This document shows, one piece after another, positions 1 to 9,298 of a DNA stretch of 64,000 nucleotides. The stretch's first letter is position 1, and each line of letters opens with the position of its first letter. The position numbers and the translations under genes were made by a program. Origin of the DNA: Myxococcota bacterium (lineage in GTDB: Bacteria; Myxococcota_A; UBA9042; PHBI01; JAWLBL01). The stretch lies in the NCBI GenBank assembly GCA_041687695.1, contig JAWLBL010000001.1, positions 177,710-241,709 on the forward strand. The letters are read 5' to 3'. The notes beneath the pieces are model-generated. The model saw only the letters and a program-made list of their open reading frames with translations, was not told where the DNA came from and did no database searches.

Positions 1-957
1 GTTGCGGGCGTCCCACGGCGCGCTCGCGGTGGTGGCGGCCGCGCGGGCCAGGGACACTGCGCCGGTGCGGTCGGGCGGCGACACGGCGGGATCGCCGAGG
101 ATGGCGTGCAGCGTGTTGGCGTCGGCGAAGCGGAAGCCGCCGGCCGCGAGGCGGCGCTCGAGGGCGGCCAGGAGCGCCGGATAGCGGGCCTGGCACTTGC
201 CCCAGGTCGCCAGGGCGTAGGCGGCCTTGTCGGCTACGCGCGGCGCGGGGTCGCTCAGGTGGTCGGCCCACAGCGCGCACACGTCGGCGGCGCGCGCGAC
301 GCCGCCGGTCCAGAAGGCCATCAGGGCGGCCAGGCGGACCGGCTCGGCGGGGTCGCGGACGAGGCGCTCGCGGGTCGCGTCGAAGAAGGCGGGGCCGCCA
401 TAGGTCAGCAGATCGCCCATGAGGGCGGCGCGTAGCTCGGCCAGGGCATGATCGCGGGCCAGGGCGGTCAGGCGGGCCGCCACGCCGGGCAGGCTGCCGT
501 CGACGCGAGCGGCGGCGGCGCCGAGCGGGGCGGCGAGGGCCGGGACGGTCTCGCGCTCGGCGGCGGCGAGGACGCGGCCGGACAGATCGGGATCGGCGCG
601 GTAGGCGCTTCCGCGGCGGACGAGGCCGACGGCGCCGAGGTAGCGCACATGGGGATCGGCGTCCTCGATGAAGCGGACCAGCGTCGGGTCGGGCGCCCCG
701 CCGCCGAGGGCGTCGAGCCAACGGGCGTAGCCGTGGCACTCGAGGCGGAACCCGGCGTCCCAGGGGCACGCGAGCGCGTCGAGGGCCGCCTCGACCAGGG
801 CCAGATCGTTGTCTTCGGCCGTCAGGCCGGTCTCGGGCGGGGTCACGCGGGGCGCGGCGGGGGCCGCCGGCGGCGCGGACGGCGGCTCGGCCGGCGGCGG
901 CGGCGGCGCCTTGCACGCGGCGAAGGTGATGGCGAGCGCGAGGCACCAGGGACGCAT
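1..957 (-). CDS. Putative lipoprotein, possibly HEAT-repeat-like (3' end runs off the window)
   Basis: Read manually from ATG at 957: MRPWCLALAITFAAC-KAPPPPPAEPP...DPTLVRFIEDADPHVRYLGAVGL. Lipobox-like FAAC, Pro-rich linker and GC3-rich codons. Absent from the ORF track, consistent with no stop inside the window. Confidence 0.6.
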   Translation of the reverse strand, partial: MRPWCLALAITFAACKAPPPPPAEPPSAPPAAPAAPRVTPPETGLTAEDNDLALVEAALDALACPWDAGFRLECHGYARWLDALGGGAPDPTLVRFIEDADPHVRYLGAVGLVRRGSAYRADPDLSGRVLAAAERETVPALAAPLGAAAARVDGSLPGVAARLTALARDHALAELRAALMGDLLTYGGPAFFDATRERLVRDPAEPVRLAALMAFWTGGVARAADVCALWADHLSDPAPRVADKAAYALATWGKCQARYPALLAALERRLAAGGFRFADANTLHAILGDPAVSPPDRTGAVSLARAAATTASAPWDARN

Positions 958-1117
958 CAGCGACTCCAACGATCGAACACGGCGGGGAACATAGCAGAGT
1001 GATGACGCGTCGAGGCACGTGCGGACCGCGGGCCGCCTCACAACTTGCGGCGCGCGGGAAGTCGCGCGACCTTCGCGAAGCCTGTGCGCGCGGTTGACTG
1101 GAGGGTGCGCGACCTTG

Positions 1118-2107
1118 ATGCAGCGCCTGGAGCCCGACGCCTTCGCGGCCCGCCTCGACGCGTTCGACGCGGCCGTGCTGGCGACCGAGGGCATCGATCA
1201 CTTCTGCACGTCGAGCGCCTGGGTGGTGCCCGCGCGCGAGGCCTTCCACCCCGAGACGACGCCCGTGGTGTTCGAGGGCGCCGAGGGGTTCGTCGCGCTC
1301 GCCCGGGACGACAGCGCGACGGTGGGGCGCTACCTGGCGCCGCTCGAGGCGATGTGGGGGCTCGCCAGCCCCGTCGCCGGGGCCCGGCCGGTCCCGCTGG
1401 CGCGCGAGGTGGTCGGCGCCCTGAGCGCCATCGACGACAGCTGGGACACCCTGTGGCTCTGTGGGCTCTCGCGCGACTCGCGGCTGTTCAAGGCCCTGGT
1501 CGCCGGCTTCGGCAAGCGCTTCCGCCTGGGGCTCGGGCCCGAGACGCGCCGGTACACGGCCAGCCTCGAGGGGGGCCTCGACGGGTTCATGAGCCGGCGC
1601 TCGGCCAAGTTCCGCGCCAACCTGCGCCGCGCGGCGCGCCAGGTCGAGGCCGACGGGTTCGCCTTCGAGGCGGCGCACGACGTCCGCTCGGCGGCCGGGC
1701 GGGAGACCTTCTTCGAGCGGCTCATGGCCATCGAGGCGCGCAGCTGGAAGGGCCTCGCCGACAGCGGCGTCAACGAGGGCCCCATGCGCCAGTTCTACCG
1801 CCAGATGCTCGATCGCATCGGCCCGGCCGGGCAGGTCCGCGCGCTCGTCCTCACCCGCGACGGCGAGGACGTCGCCTACATCCTGGGCGGCCTCTTCGCC
1901 GGGGCCTACCGCGGGCTGCAGGTCAGCTTCGACGACCGCTTCCGCGCGCTGTCGCTGGGCAACGTCATGCAGCTCGAGATGATCCGCCGCCTCTGCGACG
2001 AGGGGGTCGGCTGGTACGACCTGGGCTCGGACATCCCGTACAAGGCGCGCTGGGCCGAGGACGGCCTCACCACGGTCACGCTGGTGGTCCTGGGCGCGCC
2101 GCCCTGA
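1118..2107 (+). CDS. GNAT-family N-acetyltransferase (CelD/BcsL-like)
   Basis: RRSAKFRANLRR, SFDDRFRALSLGNVMQ and YDLGSDIPYKARW are typical of the Acetyltransf_6-type family. GGAGG lies upstream of ATG 1118. Confidence 0.75.
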   Translation: MQRLEPDAFAARLDAFDAAVLATEGIDHFCTSSAWVVPAREAFHPETTPVVFEGAEGFVALARDDSATVGRYLAPLEAMWGLASPVAGARPVPLAREVVGALSAIDDSWDTLWLCGLSRDSRLFKALVAGFGKRFRLGLGPETRRYTASLEGGLDGFMSRRSAKFRANLRRAARQVEADGFAFEAAHDVRSAAGRETFFERLMAIEARSWKGLADSGVNEGPMRQFYRQMLDRIGPAGQVRALVLTRDGEDVAYILGGLFAGAYRGLQVSFDDRFRALSLGNVMQLEMIRRLCDEGVGWYDLGSDIPYKARWAEDGLTTVTLVVLGAPP

Positions 2108-2197
2108 GCCGCGGGTCACCGCGACGGCGCGCGCTCGATTGATCCGGCACGCCCCGGGTGGTATCGCAGCCCTCGCCGCACGCGCGGGAGGGGACCG

Positions 2198-3547
2198 ATG
2201 ATCAAGATGATGGCCGGGTCGGGGTTGGGGTTGGCGCTGGTCGTGATGGGCTGCGGGACGCCGGGGAGCGGAGGCAGCGGGTCGCACGGGCCGCTCGTAC
2301 CGATCGACGGCGCGACCACCGATCTCGGCGAGGACGTCGCCAAGGGCGGCGACGCGGCGCTGGAAGGGGACGAGGCGCCCGGCGAGGACGTCGCCGAGAC
2401 CGGCTGCGAACCCGGCGCGACGCGCTGCGAGGGCGCCCAGGTGATGCTGTGCGGCCCCGACCGGGTCAGCTGGACGGCCATCGTGACCTGCCCCGAGGGG
2501 CAGGCGTGCGCCGACGGGGCGTGCTGCACGCCCGACTGCGCCGGCAAGACCTGCGGACCGAACGGATGCGGCGGCAGCTGCGGGACCTGCGGCGCGGGGT
2601 TGGCGTGCGACGGGGGCCAGTGCGTCTGCAAGGGCTCGTGCGAGGGGCGCGAGTGCGGCGACGACGGGTGCGGGACGCTGTGCGGCAGCTGCGAGGGCGG
2701 CGAGCTGTGCGAGGACGGGCAGTGCGTGTGCCAGCCGGACTGCGCCGGGGTGGCGTGCGGGCCGGACGGGTGTGGCGGCAGCTGCGGGACCTGCGCGGCC
2801 GGGCAGGCCTGCGTGTCGGGCGCGTGCGAGTCGACCTGCACGCCCAGCTGCGCGGGCAAGGAGTGCGGCGGCGACGGGTGCGGCGGCAGCTGCGGGACCT
2901 GCCCGGGCGGGTTCACGTGCTCGGCGGCGGGGATGTGCCAGGCGACCTGCACGCCCAGCTGCGCGGGCAAGCAGTGCGGCGGTGACGGCTGCGGCGGCAG
3001 CTGCGGGACCTGCGGCGCGGGGAGCACCTGTAACGCGCAGGGGCAGTGCCAGGCGACGACCGGCGGGTCGTGCTCCGGGTCGTGCGGCGGCCAGTCGTCG
3101 AGCGGCAGCTGCTATTGCGACAACAGCTGCAAGTCGCAGGGCGACTGCTGCGCCGACGCGTGCACGGCGTGTCCGTCGCTGACCGGCTGCGGGTCGTGCA
3201 CGCCCAGCTGCAGCGGCAAGGCCTGCGGGTCGGACGGCTGCGGTGGGTCGTGCGGGTCGTGCGGCGGGGGTCAGGTGTGCCAGAGCGGCAGCTGCGTCAC
3301 CTGCACGCCCTCGTGCGCGGGCAAGGTCTGCGGCGACGACGGCTGCGGGGGCTCCTGCGGCACGTGCGGGCAGGGCATGGCGTGCGCGGCCGGCCAGTGC
3401 GTCGACTGCCTCACCCAGTGCTCGCTCATGTGCACCTCCGATCCGACCGGCTGCCTGTTCGTGTGCAGCCTCGGCTCGGCCGACCTCGACTGCCTGATCG
3501 ACAACGACTGCGACGTGACCGCCTGCTTCGGCCTGCCCTTCCCCTGA
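2198..3547 (+). CDS. Cys-rich repeat lipoprotein with a somatomedin-B-like module
   Basis: Lipobox-like LVVMGC. Seven CxPxCxGKxCGxDGCGGSCGxC repeats, plus SCSGSCGG..SCYCDNSCKSQGDCCAD (SMB-like Cys spacing). Confidence 0.75.
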   Translation: MIKMMAGSGLGLALVVMGCGTPGSGGSGSHGPLVPIDGATTDLGEDVAKGGDAALEGDEAPGEDVAETGCEPGATRCEGAQVMLCGPDRVSWTAIVTCPEGQACADGACCTPDCAGKTCGPNGCGGSCGTCGAGLACDGGQCVCKGSCEGRECGDDGCGTLCGSCEGGELCEDGQCVCQPDCAGVACGPDGCGGSCGTCAAGQACVSGACESTCTPSCAGKECGGDGCGGSCGTCPGGFTCSAAGMCQATCTPSCAGKQCGGDGCGGSCGTCGAGSTCNAQGQCQATTGGSCSGSCGGQSSSGSCYCDNSCKSQGDCCADACTACPSLTGCGSCTPSCSGKACGSDGCGGSCGSCGGGQVCQSGSCVTCTPSCAGKVCGDDGCGGSCGTCGQGMACAAGQCVDCLTQCSLMCTSDPTGCLFVCSLGSADLDCLIDNDCDVTACFGLPFP

Positions 3548-3759
3548 GTCGGTGCCCGCCAGGTGTCACCGCCGTTACGCAGTGCGTCGCGGCGGTGGCG
3601 CCACCCGGCCCGATCCGAATCGTCGCCACAGGCCGGCTCGCCCCCGGTGGACTTGCGCATCCGCTGGAAATCGCAAGGATGGCACGGGGGTTGCTTCCGG
3701 CGCCCCGTACGTGCGCGCCTCGGGCGACCTCCGCCCGGCGCGCCCGACAAGGAGTCCGA

Positions 3760-4770
3760 GTGAGCACCGAGCAGACGCCGCCGAAGTATCAGGTCGAAGA
3801 CCGTGAGATCCTGCTGAGCTTCTACCAAAAGCTGTTCTGGACACGCCTGGTCGGCAAGCTCCCGGCCTCTCTGCCGCCCAACGCCATCACCGTCTTCGGG
3901 CAGTGCTGCGTCCTGCTGGGCGCCGTGTCCGCCGCCGGCGCGGTCCTGGGCGGCCAGCCGCTGCTGTACGCCTTCAGCGCCCTGCTGCTGCTCGCCTACA
4001 TGACCGCGGACAACGTCGACGGGCCCCACGCGCGCCGCACGGGTCAGTGCAGCCCGCTCGGCGAGTTCCTCGACCACGGCCTGGACGGCCTGGCCAGCGG
4101 CGCCATCCTGCTGACCGCCGCCTTCGTCATCCGCCTCGACCCGCTGGGCATGGTCCTGCTCGCCGGCATCGGCGCCCTGGGCTTCATGACCGTCTTCTGG
4201 GAGCAGTACCGCACCGGCGTCCTGGTCATCCCGCGCGTCAGCTCGCTCGAGGGCACGACCGTCGTCATGGCGCTGTCCCTCACGGCGATGATCGCCAACG
4301 ACCCGGCCTGGCTGCACGCCTCGCTGACCGAGTTCAACTTCACCAGCGGCGTCCTGGTCGCCGCCCTCGTCGGCTACGCCGTGGCCGCGGGCGCGCCCAT
4401 CCTGCGGGCGTCCCGCAAGGGCACGTCGCTGCGCGAGCTGGGCCCCATCCTGACCGTGGGCGCCAGCCTCTGCGCGCCGGTCGCCTTCGGGGCCGGCGGC
4501 ATCATGCCCGCCGTGGCCGTCTCCGTGTTCGGCGCCGACCTCGTGGGGCGCATGATCCTGCTGCGCCACCGCAAGATCGACGGCGCCCTGCTGCCCGCCA
4601 ACCGCTGGCTGGCCGTCGCCCCGCTGGCGCCGCTGGCGATGGGGGTCGGCGCGCCCAACACCTGGGCCGCCGTGTCCATGCTGATCGCGCTGGGCATGTA
4701 CGGCTCGACGCTGATGGCCGGGGTCGCCCACATGGGCGGCCGCGCCCAGGCCGACCGCCTGGCGGCCTGA
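3760..4770 (+). CDS. CDP-alcohol phosphatidyltransferase family membrane protein
   Basis: Signature DNVDGPHARRTGQCSPLGEFLDHGLD, PNAIT motif and multiple TM segments. AAGGAG precedes GTG 3760. Confidence 0.88.
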   Translation: MSTEQTPPKYQVEDREILLSFYQKLFWTRLVGKLPASLPPNAITVFGQCCVLLGAVSAAGAVLGGQPLLYAFSALLLLAYMTADNVDGPHARRTGQCSPLGEFLDHGLDGLASGAILLTAAFVIRLDPLGMVLLAGIGALGFMTVFWEQYRTGVLVIPRVSSLEGTTVVMALSLTAMIANDPAWLHASLTEFNFTSGVLVAALVGYAVAAGAPILRASRKGTSLRELGPILTVGASLCAPVAFGAGGIMPAVAVSVFGADLVGRMILLRHRKIDGALLPANRWLAVAPLAPLAMGVGAPNTWAAVSMLIALGMYGSTLMAGVAHMGGRAQADRLAA

Positions 4771-4836
4771 GCCGAGGTCCCCGACCACCAGCCGGCGTGC
4801 GGTCACGTCACACCGGCTGGCGGTCGTGCGTCGGCA

Positions 4837-5088
4837 GCTTGCGGTGACGCCGCGAAGGTCTGCGGTAACGCCGCGAAGGTCTGCGGTGACGCCGCGGAGG
4901 CCTGCGGTGACGCCGCGGAAGCTTGCGTGACGCCGCGAGGGCTTGCGGTGACGCCGCGGAGGCTTGCGGTGACGCCGCGGAGGCTTGCGGTGACGCCGAG
5001 AAGGCTTGCGGTGACGCCGCGGAGGCTTGCGGTGACACCGCGGAGTGCTTGCGGTGACGCCGCGGAAGCTTGCGGCGGCGCCGCGCAG
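4837..5088. repeat. Tandem array of 12 x ~21 nt units (consensus GCTTGCGGTGACGCCGCGGAG) between convergent genes
   Basis: Units counted directly; one is 20 nt and one 22 nt. Each carries a GCGG-N5-CCGC mini-palindrome, and there are no spacers. Confidence 0.95.
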
Positions 5089-5096
5089 GCTCGCCG

Positions 5097-5983
<887 letters not shown>

Positions 5984-5987
<4 letters not shown>

Positions 5988-7042
5988 GGGAGCGGCTCCT
6001 GCTGGGTGATGCAGTGGAAGGCGCCGCCGCCGAGGAGCACCTCGCGGGCGTCGACGCCGAAGACCCGGCGGCCGGGGAAGAGGTCGCCGATGACCCGCAG
6101 GGCCTCGGCGTCCTGCGGCCGGTCGTAGATGGGAACCACGACGCTGCGGTTCGCAAGGTAGAAGTTCACGTAGCTGGCGGCGAGGATCTCTCCGTCCGGG
6201 CCCTCGACGCGGCCCGGGCTGGGCACGCGGCGCACGGTGAGGCGGCGGCCGCGCGCGTCCGTGGCGGCCTCGAGGTCGCGCAGGATGGCCTCGAGGACCT
6301 CGCGGTTGGGGTCGTCGTCGCCCGAGGGCTCCATGGCCAGCACGACGCCAGGCGCGACGAAGCGCGCGATGGTGTCGATGTGCCCGTCGGTGTGGTCGTT
6401 GAGCAGGCCGTCGCCCAGCCAGATGAACGACGTGACCCCGAGCCAGTCGCGCAGCAGGGCCTCGAGCGCGGCCTGGTCGAGGTGCGGGTTGCGGTTGGGG
6501 TTGAGCAGGCACTGGCGCGTCGTGAGGCACGTGCCCTCGCCGTCGAGCTCGACCGAGCCGCCCTCGAGCACGAAGTCCGCGCGGAAGGTGCGCACGCCGC
6601 GCGTGGCCGCGACCGCCTCGCTGACCGCGTCGTCGCCTTCGAGCACGTATTTGCCGCCCCAGCCGTTGAAGTGGAACGAGGCGGCGGCCAGCTCGCCCTT
6701 GCCGTCGACCACGAAGAGCGGCGCGATGTCGCGCATCCAGATGTCGCCGAAGGGGATGCGGTGCAGGCGCGCCTTCAGGCCGGCGTCCTCGAGGGCGGCA
6801 CGGCACGCGCGCTCCGCCTCGGCGTCGGGGACCAGGATCTCGAGGGCCTCGTCGCCGTCCGCGATGCCGCGGCACAGCTCGACGAAGGCGCGCTGCACCT
6901 CGGGCAGGCCCTCCTCCCACAGATCCTCGTGCGAGGGCCAGGCCAGCCAGCAGGCGCGGTGCGGCGCCCACTCGGCCGGGAAGCGGTAGCCGGCGGCCGC
7001 CGGCGTGCCGGGGCGGGCGCTCGAAGGCTGAAGCGACGACAT
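5984..7042 (-). CDS. aguA: Agmatine deiminase
   Basis: PAEWAPH, DIWMRD, FNGWGGKY, LEGGS, NPNRN, DHTDGHID, SYVNFY and GGGAFHCITQQEP motifs. GGAGG before ATG 7042. Confidence 0.93.
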
Positions 7043-7118
7043 CGGGACCTCCACCGCAAGGGTCGGGGGCGACACCTTGCCCTCGGCCCGGCGCCCGGGC
7101 AAGAGGTTCGGGCCGCGC

Positions 7119-7172
7119 GGGTTGCCGCCTAGGGGCGAGGCGACTGGGTTGCCGCCTCGGGGCGAGGCGACT
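7119..7172. repeat. 27-bp direct duplication in the divergent aguA / TerB-like intergenic region
   Basis: GGGTTGCCGCCTAGGGGCGAGGCGACT followed by GGGTTGCCGCCTCGGGGCGAGGCGACT (1 mismatch). Confidence 0.85.
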
Positions 7173-7211
7173 AACGTGCGGAGCGCATCGAACACCCCCA
7201 GGGAGGACCCC

Positions 7212-8150
7212 ATGCCCCAGCTCACCTTCGAAGCGGTCGCGCCCCTCGTCGCGGCCGAGGACGTCCGCGGCGTGACGCTGAACGTGACCTTCCAGTGCCC
7301 GGTCTCGGGCAAGCGCGTCGACGCCTCGAGCAACATCGAGCAGGGCGTGCTCAGCAAGACCAAGACCGTCTTCGGCCGGCAGCTGATGCAGAGCCTGCGC
7401 TACTCGTTCTCGCGCATGCTCTACTCGCTGGTGGGCGGCGGGGTCGCGGGCAGCATGGCGTCGAGCGCGGCCAGCCAGGCGGTCGGGACGACGGCGGGCG
7501 CCCCGGCCAGCTACACCGAGGACGAGCGCCGCGCGACCGTGCTGGCGGCCTTCAAGCGCGTGCAGAGCCAGTTCGCCTGGGACGGGCAGCGCTTCGTGTC
7601 GGCGTCGCTGCTCAAGGAGCTACAGACCGAGATGGCCCGGGTGGTCGGCGCGATGGCGCTGACGGAGCCCTGGGACCGCGCCGTGCTGGCGCGCATGCTG
7701 GCCGAGGTGGCCGCCGCGGACGGCCGCATCGCCGACGAGGAGCGCGAGCTGTTCGCCGCGTTCGCCGAGGGCGCCGAGCTCGACCAGCTGCTGCACCGCG
7801 AGCCGCTGGCGGTCTCCGAGCTGAAGGAGACGACGCCCAAGGTGCGCGAGGCCCTGCTGATGCTGACCTTCGCTCTGGCGCAGACCGACGGGGCCTTCGG
7901 CGGCTCCGAGCGCGGCCGCATCGCTGGCTACGCGCACGCCTTCGGGGTGAGCGACCGGCGCGCGGCCGAGCTCGAGGCCCACGCCCGCGACTTCGTCGTC
8001 GACCAGATGCTCGAGGCCATCTACGCCGACGGGGTCTGCGACGCGGGCGAGCGCGCGCAGGTCGAGCAGCTGGCGAGCGGCCTGGGGATGGACGCCGAGG
8101 CGTTGGGGCGCCTGGACGCCCGCTGCCGAAAGCGCAAGGGCCTGCTGTAG
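7212..8150 (+). CDS. TerB-like (tellurite-resistance family) domain protein
   Basis: Three repeated A.ADG....E..R helical motifs (AAADGRIADEE, AQTDGAFGGSE, YADGVCDAGE). GGAGG before ATG 7212. Confidence 0.65.
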   Translation: MPQLTFEAVAPLVAAEDVRGVTLNVTFQCPVSGKRVDASSNIEQGVLSKTKTVFGRQLMQSLRYSFSRMLYSLVGGGVAGSMASSAASQAVGTTAGAPASYTEDERRATVLAAFKRVQSQFAWDGQRFVSASLLKELQTEMARVVGAMALTEPWDRAVLARMLAEVAAADGRIADEERELFAAFAEGAELDQLLHREPLAVSELKETTPKVREALLMLTFALAQTDGAFGGSERGRIAGYAHAFGVSDRRAAELEAHARDFVVDQMLEAIYADGVCDAGERAQVEQLASGLGMDAEALGRLDARCRKRKGLL

Positions 8151-8162
8151 ACCGCGGGGGGC

Positions 8163-8816
8163 TCAGGCGCCCCGGAGCGCCGCCAGGTGCGTGGCCAGCT
8201 CGGGCGGCAGCTCGGCCGTGAGATCGAGGCCGTCGGGCAGGCCGGGCAGCGGCGGCGCGATGAGCTGGGCGGCGTGCAGCCACAAGCGATCGGGCGCGCC
8301 GGGGACGGGGCCGCGGGCGCCACGGGCGTAGCGGCGGTCGCCGACGATGGGGTGGCCCAGGCGCTCCAGGTGGCGGCGGAGCTGGTGCTTGCGGCCGGTC
8401 TCGGGCTCCAGCGCGACGAGCGAGGCCGTGGCGAAGCGCTCCACGGTTCGGTAGCGGGTGACGGCCTGCAGGGGCGCGCCGCGGCGGTCGTCGGCCAGGG
8501 CGCGGTCGATGGTGCCGCCCTTGCGCGGGTGGCCGTGGACCAGGGCCAGGTAGCGCTTGGTGACGCGTCCGGCGGCGAAGGCGGCGCCCAGGGCGGCCAG
8601 CAGCTCGGGGTCGGCCGAGAGCAGGACCAGGCCCGAGGTCTCGCGGTCGAGGCGATGGGCCGGCGCCACCTTGGCCGGCGCCCCGGCGGCGCGCGCCCAG
8701 GCCAGCAGATCGGGGGCCGGGTCGCCCGAGGCCGGATGGACCAGCCAGCCGGCCGGCTTGTCGACCACCAGCAGGGCGCACAGGCCAGCGAGCAGGCGCG
8801 GCGTAGCGTCAGTCAA
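8163..8816 (-). CDS. RluA-family RNA pseudouridine synthase
   Basis: VVDKPAG, catalytic HRLDRETSG, TGRKHQLR, HPIVGDRRY and LHA motifs. Confidence 0.92.
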   Translation of the reverse strand: MTDATPRLLAGLCALLVVDKPAGWLVHPASGDPAPDLLAWARAAGAPAKVAPAHRLDRETSGLVLLSADPELLAALGAAFAAGRVTKRYLALVHGHPRKGGTIDRALADDRRGAPLQAVTRYRTVERFATASLVALEPETGRKHQLRRHLERLGHPIVGDRRYARGARGPVPGAPDRLWLHAAQLIAPPLPGLPDGLDLTAELPPELATHLAALRGA

Positions 8817-9237
8817 CGACGTCGGTGGTCTCGAGGGCGGCCTCGGCGGCGTCGCACACGGGCGGGCAGCCGGCGCCGTTGGGGGCGAAGGGCTGGTAGG
8901 TGGGCTCGAGGACGGCGGCGGCCTGCCAGGACAGGTTGGCGGCGCCGGCGTTGAGCTCGACCCGAGCGGGGGCGCCGGCGACGACGAAGCCGTCGGCCGA
9001 GCAGCTCAGGATGGAGGCGGGGCCGGACAGGGAGGCGACCTGCCCGCCCTCGCAGATGAACGAGGTCGCCTGGCCGTCGATGACCAGGGAGACGTCGTAG
9101 GCGCCGGGGCGGGGCTGGTCGAAGTCGACGAAGAGACCGTCGGAGCAGCCGATCTCGGTGCAGCCGCCCGCGTCCTCGCAGGCGACGAGGGCGACGGGGG
9201 CCAAGAGGCTGGTCAGGGCGAGGAAGGCGAGACGCAT
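8809..9237 (-). CDS. Hypothetical Cys-containing lipoprotein
   Basis: MRLAFLALTSLLAPVALVAC lipobox, CTEIGC and PNGAGCPPVC motifs. AGGAG upstream. Confidence 0.65.
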   Translation of the reverse strand: MRLAFLALTSLLAPVALVACEDAGGCTEIGCSDGLFVDFDQPRPGAYDVSLVIDGQATSFICEGGQVASLSGPASILSCSADGFVVAGAPARVELNAGAANLSWQAAAVLEPTYQPFAPNGAGCPPVCDAAEAALETTDVVD

Positions 9238-9298
9238 GGGAGGCTCCTGCGAGGCGGAGGGGCCCGTGTCAGCGGCTGGAGGCCGGCCGCTATTCCGG

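Noticed and set aside
4837..5088. CRISPR array or repeat-protein ORFs (4808-5038, 4927-5142)
   Set aside because: No spacers; indels break the frames, and the ORFs are just translations of the repeat.
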